Assembly (NCBI GenBank): GCA_965243155.1 | Contig: CBDEUE010000005.1 | Location: 1,334 to 65,333, forward strand | Direction: 5' to 3' | Source of the DNA: Spiribacter sp. | GTDB taxonomy: Bacteria > Pseudomonadota > Gammaproteobacteria > Nitrococcales > Nitrococcaceae | DNA length: 64,000 nt | Part shown: in pieces, positions 19,021 through 29,719 of the stretch | Layout: every line of letters begins with the position of its first letter | Numbering within the stretch: the stretch's first letter is position 1 | Notes under the pieces: generated by a model | The model's input: the letters and a program-made list of their open reading frames with translations, nothing else | What the model was told of the DNA's origin: nothing | Database searches by the model: none | Translations under genes and position numbers: made by a program

Positions 19021-20093
19021 AGCGCCGCTGTCTTCTCAATTGTCTGATCCACTGAGAATCGATGTTTGGCAATTCCTTTGCCGCGCTGTCCCATGGCATC
19101 ACGTTGCTCTGATGACGGTAAAAGTATTTCCAGATGCTGTTTGAGGGCAGTCACGTCATCAGTAGGGAATATAAATCCGCTTTCAGCATGCTCGACCATC
19201 TCCGGAAGTCCGCCTGCGGTGGAAACGACACTGGGCACACCCTGCACCATGCCCTCGATGATGGTTTTGGTGAGCCCCTCGCGGCCGCGAGACGGCGCCA
19301 CGTTGACATCGAGCGCGCCAATTAAAGCGGCGGCATTTTTTCGAAAGCCCGTAAAGTGTACTCGTTGAGCAATGCGGGGATCAGCCGCTAGCTTTGGTAA
19401 TTCTGGGTCTCGGACCTCACCTATGAAAAGTCCATGCACATTATCCGGAAACTCCATCAGTGCTCTTAAGAGAAGATCTGCTCCCTTCACGGGTCGCATG
19501 TTAGCCGCCATGCCAACAAGGACCGCGTCTGCAGGAATAGCAAACTCTTTTTCTACCTTGGCTCTGGCTGTCGCTCGGTCGAGATTCTCGTACCAGCTTA
19601 GATCATGACCTTTGTAGATTGTGACGAGCATATCGGGGCTGACGCCGCTCGCAGCCAAGTCGCGTTCAACGGCCTTCGATACGCAAATAATTTTGTCTAG
19701 TCGAGGGTTTAACCATTTCAGATAACAGCTCGGATCCCAACGCGAGACATGACCCACAGCGCCTCGATAGGCAATAACCTTATTCGGCATGCCGTAACTT
19801 GCCGATAAAAAGTTGGCAACCTGCCAGTTGGCAAGCGCATGCAGGATGGTGAAGCCTTCATCTCTGATCCAACTGCGAATGCGACGAATGTTTGCGATAT
19901 CGACTGGGCCGCGTAGATCCAAAATCCGAACGGGCACACCTGCATCACGAAGACGATCAAGTTGATCGGAATGACTCTCAAAGGCCGCGTGAATGTTCAG
20001 GCCAAGCTTGTGGAGCCCGACAATCATCTCCACTTCAGTCACATGACCACCACCACCGGCGATTAGCACTTTGGGTGCTTTTTCTTCAGGCAT
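19002..20093 (-). CDS. GT4 glycosyltransferase
   Basis: ANMRPVKG and REGLTKTIIEGMVQGVP. Confidence 0.88.
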   Translation of the reverse strand: MPEEKAPKVLIAGGGGHVTEVEMIVGLHKLGLNIHAAFESHSDQLDRLRDAGVPVRILDLRGPVDIANIRRIRSWIRDEGFTILHALANWQVANFLSASYGMPNKVIAYRGAVGHVSRWDPSCYLKWLNPRLDKIICVSKAVERDLAASGVSPDMLVTIYKGHDLSWYENLDRATARAKVEKEFAIPADAVLVGMAANMRPVKGADLLLRALMEFPDNVHGLFIGEVRDPELPKLAADPRIAQRVHFTGFRKNAAALIGALDVNVAPSRGREGLTKTIIEGMVQGVPSVVSTAGGLPEMVEHAESGFIFPTDDVTALKQHLEILLPSSEQRDAMGQRGKGIAKHRFSVDQTIEKTAALYRSLS

Positions 20094-20886
20094 TTCGGTG
20101 TCGGCTGCGCTCTATTTCATAGAGAAATGCGTATTTTAAAAAGCCAGAGAACATGGAGGACCAGGCAATAATCCAGCCTCGCCAGCCATCCCGCCAGCCC
20201 TGTTGAACAATTAATAAACGGAAAAAACGCACTAATGGCGCGAGCACCAGCTTGTGCCATCGAAAGGGTTTGCCGCGAGCCGACAGTGCCTCAGCACTGA
20301 CCTTGGCATAGCTGATACTGCGCCGAAAATGGTCTTCAATATCCCGATAGCTGTAATGATGGATATCACCATCAAGCCGTCCAACGCTGCCATTGATCTC
20401 TAGCCGGTCGTGGGGGTCATCACCTGCCCAACGGCCGGCACCTTTGCGTATCAGTCGCAGTCGCCATTCCGGATACCAGGTGTGACGCAGCCAGTCTCCG
20501 AGATACCAGGTGCGGCGGCTGATTTCATAGCCGTCCTTCTCGGGCCCAGCTTCGGTAAAAAGCACGCGAATACTTTCGGCTAAGTCCGGGCTGATTGGCT
20601 CATCGGCATCGAGCGACAGAATCCACGGCTGTTCGCAGGCATCCAGTGCACGATTTTTCTGTGCAACATGCCCAGGCCAGTCAGTTTCGATGACCCGGGC
20701 CCCGTGTGCTCTACCAATCGCGACGGTCTTATCGGTGGAGCCGGAGTCGATAACCACAATTTCGGCAGGCTGAAGCGGTTTGAGGCTTTCAAGCAACCGC
20801 GGCAAATTCTCGGCCTCATTCTTCGTAATGATGGCAACAGACAGCGGCAGCGTTGAGGCAGCCAAGTCAGGCGAGCCCTTGTTCAA
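20086..20886 (-). CDS. GT2 LPS core glycosyltransferase (WaaE/KdtX-like)
   Basis: IITKNEA, DSGSTD, LDADE, HYSY and GWRDG. Confidence 0.9.
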   Translation of the reverse strand: MNKGSPDLAASTLPLSVAIITKNEAENLPRLLESLKPLQPAEIVVIDSGSTDKTVAIGRAHGARVIETDWPGHVAQKNRALDACEQPWILSLDADEPISPDLAESIRVLFTEAGPEKDGYEISRRTWYLGDWLRHTWYPEWRLRLIRKGAGRWAGDDPHDRLEINGSVGRLDGDIHHYSYRDIEDHFRRSISYAKVSAEALSARGKPFRWHKLVLAPLVRFFRLLIVQQGWRDGWRGWIIAWSSMFSGFLKYAFLYEIERSRHRNA

Positions 20887-21835
20887 TCAGGTTGCGGAAA
20901 TACGCCACCGTCGGCTTCAGGCCCTCTACCAAAGGCACTGTAGGTGCCCAGTCGAGCTCTGCCTTAGCCCGATCAATATTCGGCTGGCGCTGACGGGGGT
21001 CATCGGCAGGCAATGGATGGTGAATCAGCTCGCTGGCTGAGCCGGTCTCGGCCAGCACTTTTTGGGCGAGTTCTCGCATGGTGAATTCACCCGGGTTGCC
21101 CAGATTAATCGGGCCGGTGACCTCAGCCGGTGTGTTCATCAGCCGGATCAGGCCCTCAACCAGATCATCCACAAAGCAGAATGACCGGGTCTGCTCACCA
21201 TCGCCATAAAGGGTGATGTTTTCGCCCTTCAGTGCCTGAACGATAAAATTTGAAACCACGCGTCCGTCGTTGGGATGCATGCGCGGGCCGTAAGTATTAA
21301 AGATCCGCGCTACCTTGATCTCGAGGTTGTGCTCGCGGTGATAGTCAAAAAATAGCGTCTCCGCACAGCGCTTGCCCTCGTCATAACAGGCTCGGGTACC
21401 AATAGGGTTTACGTGACCCCAATAGTCCTCGGTTTGTGGATGAATCTCGGGATCCCCGTAAACCTCGCTGGTGGAGGCCTGCAGGATGGGTACACCCAGC
21501 CGCTTGGCTAGACCCAGCATATTGATCGCGCCATGCACGCTGGTTTTGGTGGTCTGCACCGGGTCGCGCTGATAATGAATGGGTGACGCCGGGCAGGCTA
21601 GGTTATAGATGCCATCCACCTCGACGAACAGCGGGAAGGTCACATCATGTCGCATGACTTCAAAATGCGGATGATCAAGCAGATGGGCGATATTGTCGCG
21701 GCTGCCGGTTAGGTAATTGTCGACGCAAAGCACCGCGTGGCCGGCCTCGAGCAATCGCTCGCAAAGGTGCGAGCCGATAAAGCCGGCCCCACCGGTGACA
21801 AGCCAAGTTTTGCGGTAATGATTGCGAATCGACAT
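20867..21835 (-). CDS. UDP-glucuronic acid decarboxylase (UDP-xylose synthase family)
   Basis: [36 protein letters not shown] and DGRVVSNF. Confidence 0.93.
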   Translation of the reverse strand: MSIRNHYRKTWLVTGGAGFIGSHLCERLLEAGHAVLCVDNYLTGSRDNIAHLLDHPHFEVMRHDVTFPLFVEVDGIYNLACPASPIHYQRDPVQTTKTSVHGAINMLGLAKRLGVPILQASTSEVYGDPEIHPQTEDYWGHVNPIGTRACYDEGKRCAETLFFDYHREHNLEIKVARIFNTYGPRMHPNDGRVVSNFIVQALKGENITLYGDGEQTRSFCFVDDLVEGLIRLMNTPAEVTGPINLGNPGEFTMRELAQKVLAETGSASELIHHPLPADDPRQRQPNIDRAKAELDWAPTVPLVEGLKPTVAYFRNLIEQGLA

Positions 21836-21839
21836 AAGA

Positions 21840-22889
21840 TCAGTGTTCCGTTTTGACCAGCGTTGCAAGCGCAGTGCTGACTTTGGTGGGCGTCAATTCC
21901 CGTAAGCAGTTTAAATGCCCCAGCGGACATTCCCGCTCAAAGCAGGGGCTGCACTCAAGATTAAGATACAGCACCTTGGCTTGGTCGCTAAGTGGCGGAG
22001 TATATTGAGGATCTGAAGACCCGTATACCGCAACCAGCGGCGTGCCGGTGGCGGCGGCGATGTGCATTAATCCGGAGTCATTGCTGACCACCGCATCACT
22101 GGCGGCGAGCAGGTCGATGGCTTGCGCGAGGCTGGTTTTACCAGCCAGATCCATCACCCCCTTCGCTTGTTCACTGATATTCCGAGTGAATTCGGTGTCT
22201 TTGCCCGATCCCAGCAACCAAACTTGCCAGTCTGCGGCCAGATAATCGCGGGCCAGTGCAGCGAAATACTCAGCGGGCCAGCGTTTGGCAGGGCCGTATT
22301 CGGCACCGGGGCAAAGCGCTAGAGCAGGCGTGTTCGTTATAAGGCCATGCGCCTGCATAGCGGATGCTTGTTGTGCCGGCGTGCTGGTGAGTTGCGGTGG
22401 AATAATCTCGGGTTTCTCAACGCCGATGGCGGTGCGTTGAGTATCGGTGGCCAGGGCAACAAACCGGTCGACGGTGCGGTATAGGCGGTTTTTATCCAGC
22501 GGCCGAATATCATTCAAAAGTCCGTAGCGATGTTCACCTCGATAACCCGTCCGGACCGGGATGCCCGCTACCCACGGCACGACGGCTGCCTTGGCTGAGC
22601 GCGGTAGGATGATTGCTTGGTTATAACCGGCATCGCGCAGCTTTCTGCCCAGTCGCCAGCGCTTGGCAAGGCCGAGCTCTCCGTGCGCTACGGGTAGGGT
22701 AATAGCCCGGCGCACCTCGGGCATTCGCGCCAGCAGCGGTTCACTCCAGCCTGGTGCAATCACATCAATCTGGCTACTAGAGTCTTCGCGCTTCAATGCT
22801 TTGAACAGGCTCTGCGCCATCACCATATCGCCAACCCAGGCGGGGCCGACGACGAGCACTGAGTTGGCCAAGCTGCGATGGGCTACCAA
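21840..22889 (-). CDS. waaF: LPS heptosyltransferase II
   Basis: [34 protein letters not shown] and YTPPL. Confidence 0.93.
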   Translation of the reverse strand: MVAHRSLANSVLVVGPAWVGDMVMAQSLFKALKREDSSSQIDVIAPGWSEPLLARMPEVRRAITLPVAHGELGLAKRWRLGRKLRDAGYNQAIILPRSAKAAVVPWVAGIPVRTGYRGEHRYGLLNDIRPLDKNRLYRTVDRFVALATDTQRTAIGVEKPEIIPPQLTSTPAQQASAMQAHGLITNTPALALCPGAEYGPAKRWPAEYFAALARDYLAADWQVWLLGSGKDTEFTRNISEQAKGVMDLAGKTSLAQAIDLLAASDAVVSNDSGLMHIAAATGTPLVAVYGSSDPQYTPPLSDQAKVLYLNLECSPCFERECPLGHLNCLRELTPTKVSTALATLVKTEH

Positions 22890-23845
22890 GGCATTCCCTC
22901 GACACGATTATGGCGCTTTTGCAACGAGTTGCGGTAAGCGGGTCGCTCGCCGGGTGGCGGATGTTTGAAACGTCGATGCACCCACAGATACTGTTCAGGG
23001 CGTGAACGAATACCTCGTTCAATAACGCCGTTCATCCACTGCGCATCAAGCACGTCCGAACCGGTGGGGAAGCCCTCCAGCGCCGGCTCAAAGGCAACTT
23101 CATAGCCATTGCCCGCTTCATTGGCATTAAAAAATATCGGGACAACGCGTGCTTTGCTCAGCCGCGCAAGACGAGTGAGACCGGTTACCGTCGCAGCAGG
23201 AACGCCCATGAATGGTACGAAAACGCTGTTATCCACCCCGTAGTCCTGATCCCCCGCATACCAAACCGGCACCCCTTTTTTCAGCGTCCGCACAATCCCG
23301 CGCAGGTCATTGCGTGGCAGCGCGTCCACCAGTGTCCGGCGGCGGTTGCGCAGCATCACCCGATCCATGAGCGGCTTTTTGCGCAGCGGTTTATAAATTA
23401 CCGCCATATCGACCTGTTGGCCGATCAGCCGTGCGGCCAGCTCAATACATAGAAAATGTCCTGAGAGCAGGATGACCGGTCGGCCATCAGCTTGGGCGGC
23501 ACGCAGATGCTCAAGGCCTGTGACCTGGCAGGGGATCTGGTCAACGTTTTTGCCGCCAAACCAGGCAAGCGCTGTCTCCGCGCCGGCTCGGCCCATGTAT
23601 TGCAGATTGCGACGCATCAAAGCCTCACGCTCATCGGGAGTGAGCTCGGGCATGCAGAGTTGCATGTTGCGTAGGGCAATGCCCCGGCGACGCCTTGAGA
23701 TGCTTGGCAGCCGGCGGCCAACAAACTTGCCGAATTCAAAGGCAATTCGGGGCGGCAGATGACCTACCAGCCACAGCAGTGAGAGCATGATCCACTGGCC
23801 AGCATTCAACGGATGATAGGGCGGTCGAGTTTGGGGATTGGACAC
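22883..23845 (-). CDS. lpxL: Lipid A late acyltransferase (LpxL/HtrB family)
   Basis: SGHFLCIE, WYAGDQDYG, FVPFMG and PEQYLWVHRRFK. GTG start inferred. Confidence 0.85.
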   Translation of the reverse strand: MSNPQTRPPYHPLNAGQWIMLSLLWLVGHLPPRIAFEFGKFVGRRLPSISRRRRGIALRNMQLCMPELTPDEREALMRRNLQYMGRAGAETALAWFGGKNVDQIPCQVTGLEHLRAAQADGRPVILLSGHFLCIELAARLIGQQVDMAVIYKPLRKKPLMDRVMLRNRRRTLVDALPRNDLRGIVRTLKKGVPVWYAGDQDYGVDNSVFVPFMGVPAATVTGLTRLARLSKARVVPIFFNANEAGNGYEVAFEPALEGFPTGSDVLDAQWMNGVIERGIRSRPEQYLWVHRRFKHPPPGERPAYRNSLQKRHNRVEGMPW

Positions 23846-23900
23846 GTTGGTGAGTGCTCGTCGATACTTCTGGCCACAATTTACCGTTTTGAGGCCGTCA

Positions 23901-25331
23901 ATGCAGCTTAAAGTCCCTGATCTTGGTGCAGCCCGCGTTCTGGTGGTGGGCGATGTCATGCTCGATCGCTACTGGCAGGGGCCCACAGGCCGCATCTCGC
24001 CAGAGGCCCCGGTGCCCGTCCTGCGCGTTGATGACGAGGATATGCGCCCCGGCGGTGCGGCCAATGTGGCGATGAACTTGGGCGCATTGGGCGCGCAGGT
24101 GAGTATTGTCGGGCTTATCGGTGATGATGAGCACGGCGAGCTGCTTGAACAAAAGCTGCGTGAAGGTGGTGTGGAGCCGCTGATGCGCCGAGTCTCCACC
24201 CATCCAACCATCTGCAAGCTACGAGTTCTCAGCCAGCGCCAACAGCTGATGCGGCTTGATTTCGAACGTCCATTCACACCGGCCGAGACAGCAGGGCTGA
24301 CTGAGGCCTTTGATGCGGCACTCGCCGATAAAGATGTGGTGGTCATTTCTGACTACGCCAAGGGCACGCTTTGCGAAGTGGAATCACTGATCGCTCGAGC
24401 TTGCGCAGCGGATATCCCCGTGCTGGTTGATCCGAAAGGCACCGACTGGGCCCGGTATCGCGGCGCCACGCTATTGACGCCAAATTTGCCGGAGTTCCGG
24501 CAAGTCACCGCTGATCCGGCCGAGGATAACACCGCGTTGCAGGATGCGGCGCAGGCGCTCATTCAATCGCTTCAGCTCCAGGCTTTGTTGGTCACCCGCG
24601 GTGAGCAGGGCATGAGCCTAATCCGCACGGGGCAGGACGCCTTTAGCCTGCCGGCGCATGCGCGGGAGGTCTACGACGTCACGGGTGCGGGCGATACGGT
24701 GATCGCCACGCTCGCTGCTGTGCTTGCGACCGGCGAGGGCCTTGAGACGGCCACTGCACTTGCCAACCTAGCGGCCTCGCTGGTTGTCGCTAAAGTTGGC
24801 ACGGCCTCCGTGACCGTCCCAGAGCTTGAGGCGGCAGTCGGACTGCAGGGCGGGGATGAGCAGATTGTGGATCGCGCAGCGCTGAAGACATTAGTTGCGC
24901 CGGTTCGCGCCCGGGGCGAGCGCATTGTGATGACCAATGGTTGCTTTGATTTGTTGCATGCCGGGCATGTGCATTATTTGGCACAAGCGCGTGCACTAGG
25001 CGATCGATTGATCGTGGCCGTAAATGATGATGCCTCGGTGAAGCGGTTGAAGGGTACGGGTAGGCCGATTATGCCGCTCGCCCAGCGTATGTCGGTGTTG
25101 GCCGCATTGAATTCAGTGGACTGGGTTGTGCCCTTTGGCGAGGATACGCCGGCTGATTTGATCGCCGATATCCTGCCGGATGTGCTGGTGAAGGGGGGCG
25201 ATTACCAGCCGCACGAGATTGCGGGCTTCGAGGCGGTCACTGCAGCCGGTGGTGAGGTGCGGGTGTTGGATTTTGTTGAGGGCGAGTCCACCAGCGCGAT
25301 CATCCAGCGTATTCAGAGTGCCTCTTCATAA
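23901..25331 (+). CDS. hldE: Bifunctional heptose 7-phosphate kinase/heptose 1-phosphate adenylyltransferase
   Basis: GDVMLDRY, RISPEAPVP, DVTGAGD and TNGCFDLLHAGH. Confidence 0.96.
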   Translation: MQLKVPDLGAARVLVVGDVMLDRYWQGPTGRISPEAPVPVLRVDDEDMRPGGAANVAMNLGALGAQVSIVGLIGDDEHGELLEQKLREGGVEPLMRRVSTHPTICKLRVLSQRQQLMRLDFERPFTPAETAGLTEAFDAALADKDVVVISDYAKGTLCEVESLIARACAADIPVLVDPKGTDWARYRGATLLTPNLPEFRQVTADPAEDNTALQDAAQALIQSLQLQALLVTRGEQGMSLIRTGQDAFSLPAHAREVYDVTGAGDTVIATLAAVLATGEGLETATALANLAASLVVAKVGTASVTVPELEAAVGLQGGDEQIVDRAALKTLVAPVRARGERIVMTNGCFDLLHAGHVHYLAQARALGDRLIVAVNDDASVKRLKGTGRPIMPLAQRMSVLAALNSVDWVVPFGEDTPADLIADILPDVLVKGGDYQPHEIAGFEAVTAAGGEVRVLDFVEGESTSAIIQRIQSASS

Positions 25332-26020
25332 CCTTGCGCGAGCAGGGGCCAACCGGCTGCAAAATGCTGGGCAAGCGCCGGTTCCTTTTTAATCGAGCGC
25401 TGCAGCCGCTCTAAGCTCCGTGTTTGATGCGTCTCATCGGCGCCTAGGAATCCCTGGTCCCAGTCAATCAGCCAGATCTGATCCTCCTGATCGATCAGAA
25501 TGTTGCGCACATTCAAATCTGCGTGGCCTGCGCCTGCCGCATGAAAACGCGCAATCGTCTTGCCAACAGCTTGCCAAGGGGTTTCTGCGGGACTGCGCTG
25601 CAATCGGCCGGCGAATGACTCGACGCCCTCGATGCGCCGGGTGAGTAAATCCGCCCGATACAGTAAGCCCCGGCGTTCAATGCGCCCGCCGATAGGCTCG
25701 GGGACCGGCAGTTCCCTCTGCCGCATTGCTTCCAAGAGCGTTAGCTCCCGCCACACCCGACTGCGCTTAATGCCCTGCCAGACGAAGCGATCGGCCGTGA
25801 AGCGCGCTGGCAGCCCGCCGCGCCAGTAATGCCGCAGCACCAAGGCATGATCTTGATAACGAATAAATTGTGCCGCACCCCGCCCAGTGGCTTCGCCCTC
25901 TAGGCAACCCTGATCGGCGAGTGCCTTTGGTTCGAACAGCCAATGCGGCAGATCACCCACCCACTTAGGATGGCTGATAAAGTAGCGATGTTGCTGACGC
26001 TGGATCTGCAAGTGGTTCAT
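25313..26020 (-). CDS. kdkA: 3-deoxy-D-manno-octulosonic acid (Kdo) kinase
   Basis: GRG, VLRHYWRGG, YRADL, HADLN..NIL, LIDWD and RLQRS. Confidence 0.9.
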   Translation of the reverse strand: MNHLQIQRQQHRYFISHPKWVGDLPHWLFEPKALADQGCLEGEATGRGAAQFIRYQDHALVLRHYWRGGLPARFTADRFVWQGIKRSRVWRELTLLEAMRQRELPVPEPIGGRIERRGLLYRADLLTRRIEGVESFAGRLQRSPAETPWQAVGKTIARFHAAGAGHADLNVRNILIDQEDQIWLIDWDQGFLGADETHQTRSLERLQRSIKKEPALAQHFAAGWPLLAQGYEEAL

Positions 26021-27142
26021 TCACTAAATACCTTTAAGGACAACCCACCACGGCGCCTGTGTATTTTCAGGCTCTCCGCCATTGGTGACTGCTGCAACAT
26101 GGTACCGGTTGTCCGGACTTTACAGGCAGCTTGGCCCGAGACTGAAATCAGCTGGGTCATCGGGCAGGCCGAATCACAGCTACTTGCCGGGTTGGATGGG
26201 GTTGAGCTGATTGTTCATGACAAACGCAAAGGCCCGCTGGCGCTACGCCGCCAACTGGCAGGCCGCCAGTTCGATCTTTTGTTGTTGATGCAGCTCTCTC
26301 TGCGAGCGGGAGTGACGTCATTGGGCGTCAAAGCACCGACTAGACTGGGATTTGATCGCAGCCGTTCCAAGGATTGTCATGGGCTTTTTATTAACGAACG
26401 GATTGCAGATCTTGGGCCGCGACATGTTGTCGATGGTTTTTTTGGGTTTTGTGAAGCGCTTGGGATAAACCGCCGAATTCCCCATTGGGACATACCGATT
26501 CCAGATAGCGCGATGCAGCAGGCTGAATCATTGGTGAAGCGCAAACAGCCGGCTCTGGTATTAAGTCCTTGCAGCAGCCGGCCAGTGAGAAATTGGTATG
26601 TGTCCGGCTATGCTGCAGTGGCGCGACATGCCATTGAAGCGCATGGCATGCAGGTGCTGATTACCGGTGGCCGCAGCCCGGTTGAGCAGGATTATGCCCG
26701 CGCCATCTCCGATGAATTGGGCGATTCGTCGAAGGTAAAGAACCTGGCTGGGCAAACAGACCTCAAGACATTGCTGGCAATAATGAAGTTGTCTTCGGTG
26801 GTCGTTGCGCCTGATTCCGGACCTGTTCATATGGCGATGGCGGCCGGTACACCTGCCATCGGACTATTTGCCGAGACCAATCCCGATCGAGCCGCCCCAA
26901 TTCTATGCCGCCAGTGGGTTGTGAATGCCTATCCTGAAGCGGTGCGACGAGCATTCGCGACCGATGTGAGAGGGCAGCGTTGGGGGCGACGTATTGGTGA
27001 GCCGTGGGCGATGGAGTTAATTACGCCTGAGCAAGTCAATGCAAAGCTGGACGCTTTAATGGCAACTGCTCCGGAAGATCGCTTGATGCCCGGGCTGGAG
27101 TGGCATCATCGAGAGAAATTCTTCACGGAGCCTACCCCATGA
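26012..27142 (+). CDS. GT9 heptosyltransferase I, OpsX-like
   Basis: LCIFRLSAIGD, HVVDGF, PDSGPVHMA and WGRR; lies between kdkA and waaA. Start uncertain (GTG 26012 or an upstream ATG). Confidence 0.85.
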   Translation: MVHSLNTFKDNPPRRLCIFRLSAIGDCCNMVPVVRTLQAAWPETEISWVIGQAESQLLAGLDGVELIVHDKRKGPLALRRQLAGRQFDLLLLMQLSLRAGVTSLGVKAPTRLGFDRSRSKDCHGLFINERIADLGPRHVVDGFFGFCEALGINRRIPHWDIPIPDSAMQQAESLVKRKQPALVLSPCSSRPVRNWYVSGYAAVARHAIEAHGMQVLITGGRSPVEQDYARAISDELGDSSKVKNLAGQTDLKTLLAIMKLSSVVVAPDSGPVHMAMAAGTPAIGLFAETNPDRAAPILCRQWVVNAYPEAVRRAFATDVRGQRWGRRIGEPWAMELITPEQVNAKLDALMATAPEDRLMPGLEWHHREKFFTEPTP

Positions 27143-28395
27143 ACGCCGCTGCCTACCGCGTTTTAGCGCAGGCATTTGCCCCGGCCGTGCTGGGCTATTT
27201 GTGGTGGCGCAGCAGGCGCGAGCCCGCCTATCGCGAGCAGATCCCGGAGCGGTTGGGACGGCTGACAGCGCCGAGTTCCGGCGCATCCCCAATCTGGGTG
27301 CATGCGGCTTCCATGGGGGAGGTGCGCGCGGTGGCGCCACTCATTCGGGCCCTGCTCAAGGCCGGTGAGCCTGTGCATTTAACGACGAACACCCCGGCCG
27401 GACGGGACACGGCAGTGAGCGTTTTTGCCGACCGCGTAGGCATTAGCTACGCCCCCCTCGACACCCCGTCCGCCATTAACCGCTTCCTCGATCAGCTAAA
27501 TCCCAAAGCCGCTGTATTTGTTGAGCTTGAGCTCTGGCCGCAGCGGTTTCTGGCGCTGGCGCAACGCGGTATCCCAACGGCCATTGTCAATGCGCGGTTA
27601 AGTGAGCGGAGCCTGAGACGCTATCAACGGCTTGGCCGAGTGCTGCAGGATGCGCTGCAAGCCGTTGCCACGGTGGCCGCACAGACGGCGCCGGATGCTG
27701 AGCGTTTCCAGCAGCTTGGTGTCACGGCCAGCCGGCTAACCGTGACCGGAAATTTAAAGTTTGATCAGACACTCGATGCCGAGCTGGTTGAGTGTGGACG
27801 TGAGCTGCGCGCTCGGATGGGTGCTGAGCGGTCCGTGTGGGTGGCGGCCAGTGTGCGTGAAGGTGAGGCTGAGACGGTTATTGCCGCACATCAGAAACTG
27901 CGCCGTGAGTGCCCCGATGCGCTCTTGATCTTAGTGCCCCGCCATCCGCAGCAGTTTTCGCTGCCAACTGATGCTGGCGATGTGTTGCGATGGTCAGCAC
28001 AAACCACTGTGCTTGATTCAACGTCGGTACTGCTCGCCGATGTTACCGGGGAGCTACCAAGGTTTTTGGCGGCAGCGGATATCGCCTTTGTTGGCGGCAG
28101 TCTGGTGGATGTTGGTGGGCATAATCCCCTAGAGCCTGCATCACTTGGTCTGCCGGTTCTGATGGGGCCATCGGTGACTAATTTCGAGCGGGTTGATGCC
28201 CTGCTGGCTGAGGCTGGCGCCAGAGTGCAGGTTAAAGATGCCAAGACGTTGGCTGACTCTTTAATCGCGCTTTTTGCCGATGTAGCGCGTCGAGAGACGA
28301 TGGGTGCCAAGGGCCGTGCCGTGGTTGCTGATCATCAGGGCGCGTGTGAGCGCACCCTCGATTTACTCATCAAGCAGGTTATTCACCCGCATTAG
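27139..28395 (+). CDS. waaA: Kdo transferase
   Basis: WVHAASMGE, ELELWP, NARLS, TGNLKFD, VPRHP and GGHNPLEPA. Confidence 0.95.
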   Translation: MNAAAYRVLAQAFAPAVLGYLWWRSRREPAYREQIPERLGRLTAPSSGASPIWVHAASMGEVRAVAPLIRALLKAGEPVHLTTNTPAGRDTAVSVFADRVGISYAPLDTPSAINRFLDQLNPKAAVFVELELWPQRFLALAQRGIPTAIVNARLSERSLRRYQRLGRVLQDALQAVATVAAQTAPDAERFQQLGVTASRLTVTGNLKFDQTLDAELVECGRELRARMGAERSVWVAASVREGEAETVIAAHQKLRRECPDALLILVPRHPQQFSLPTDAGDVLRWSAQTTVLDSTSVLLADVTGELPRFLAAADIAFVGGSLVDVGGHNPLEPASLGLPVLMGPSVTNFERVDALLAEAGARVQVKDAKTLADSLIALFADVARRETMGAKGRAVVADHQGACERTLDLLIKQVIHPH

Positions 28396-29697
28396 ATCCT
28401 CTACGGTTAGCGAGCCTGCTGCCTGCTGAAGAACCAATGTGTTGAGCAGATACGCGTGCCGGGCCTGTTCATAATCACGCTCGGCATTGAACAACTCACG
28501 CTGGGCATTCAGCACATCAACAATGGTGCGTGTGCCAACCTCAAATCCTGCCTCGGTGGCATCCAAAGCAGCCTGCGTTGAGATGCGAGCCTGATCCAGC
28601 GCCCGGACTCGCTCCAGTGCAGTTACAACGCCGCGATAGGCATTGGCGGTGTTACGGCTGATGGCCCGACGTGTGCTCTCGAGCGCTTCACGCGCCGCGG
28701 TGTAGCGAAACTGTGCTTCACGAATTTGTGAGGATAGGCCGCCGCCTTGATAAAGCGGAAGGCTAAGTTCAATACCTGCGCTGAGCTGGTCAGAGCTGGG
28801 GTCCCTGCCGCCCGCGCCATATCGATCGATACCGTCATAACCGGCCACCAGATCCAAAGTGGGGTGGCGTCCGCCGCGTTCCACGTCGATGGTCTGCATT
28901 GCAGCTTCTGCAGCCAGCCGTGCGGCCGCTAATTCACGGTTTTCAGCCTCGGCACGCTCGCGCCACTGGTCGATGTCTGCTGGCTCCGGCCGCGTCAGTT
29001 CGATCTCAGTACGAACAGCCTGGAGCATCCCGGGCGCTTGGTCAGTTAGTTCGCGCAACTCTTCACGCCGGTTCTCAAGATCATCCTCAGCCTGCAGAAG
29101 CTCGGCCCGAGCGAGGTCCGATTGAGCGCGCGCCTCTTCAACGTCGGTGCGGGCGATAACGCCAACCTCAAAACGCTGTTCGGCCTGCTCCAGCTGCCTT
29201 TCGATGGCAGCCAGGCTGGCTTCAGCTGCTTCAACCGCCTCCCTGGCATCCAGCACGGCAAAGTAACGCTCGGCTACACGCACAATGAGGTCCTGCTCGG
29301 CCAAGGCAAATTCGGCTCTGGCTTGTTCAACCCGGGCGTTGGCAACGCTCACCGCGCTGCGGGTTGCTGAGCGATAAAGCGGCTGAGAGAGCGACACGCC
29401 GTAGCTTAACTGTCGGTATTGATCATCACTGTCCGCCCCACTGAGGTTGCTTTCGCTGTCGATCACGTTGTAGGCGCCATTGAGCGATACATCCGGACGG
29501 AGTGCGGCGCGTGCCTGGGGTAATGCCTCTTCTTCGGCCTGACGGTTGGCAACGGCCTGCTGAAAGGTGGGGTCCGTGGTCTTGGCCAGCTCGTAGATCT
29601 GAAGCAGATTCTCAGCCTGTGCGCTCATTGAAGCGGTAAAAACGCTCAGCCCAAGCCAAATAGCAACTGCCGCCGGCTTTCTTACTAGGCTTGCCAT
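28363..29697 (-). CDS. tolC: TolC-family outer-membrane channel
   Basis: Signal peptide ending AQA-ENL, LSQPLY, LPLYQGG and GFEVGTRTIVDVLNAQ. Confidence 0.93.
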   Translation of the reverse strand: MASLVRKPAAVAIWLGLSVFTASMSAQAENLLQIYELAKTTDPTFQQAVANRQAEEEALPQARAALRPDVSLNGAYNVIDSESNLSGADSDDQYRQLSYGVSLSQPLYRSATRSAVSVANARVEQARAEFALAEQDLIVRVAERYFAVLDAREAVEAAEASLAAIERQLEQAEQRFEVGVIARTDVEEARAQSDLARAELLQAEDDLENRREELRELTDQAPGMLQAVRTEIELTRPEPADIDQWRERAEAENRELAAARLAAEAAMQTIDVERGGRHPTLDLVAGYDGIDRYGAGGRDPSSDQLSAGIELSLPLYQGGGLSSQIREAQFRYTAAREALESTRRAISRNTANAYRGVVTALERVRALDQARISTQAALDATEAGFEVGTRTIVDVLNAQRELFNAERDYEQARHAYLLNTLVLQQAAGSLTVEDLMRVNNLLDE

Positions 29698-29719
29698 AGT
29701 GTTTAAATCCTGTCTCGGC

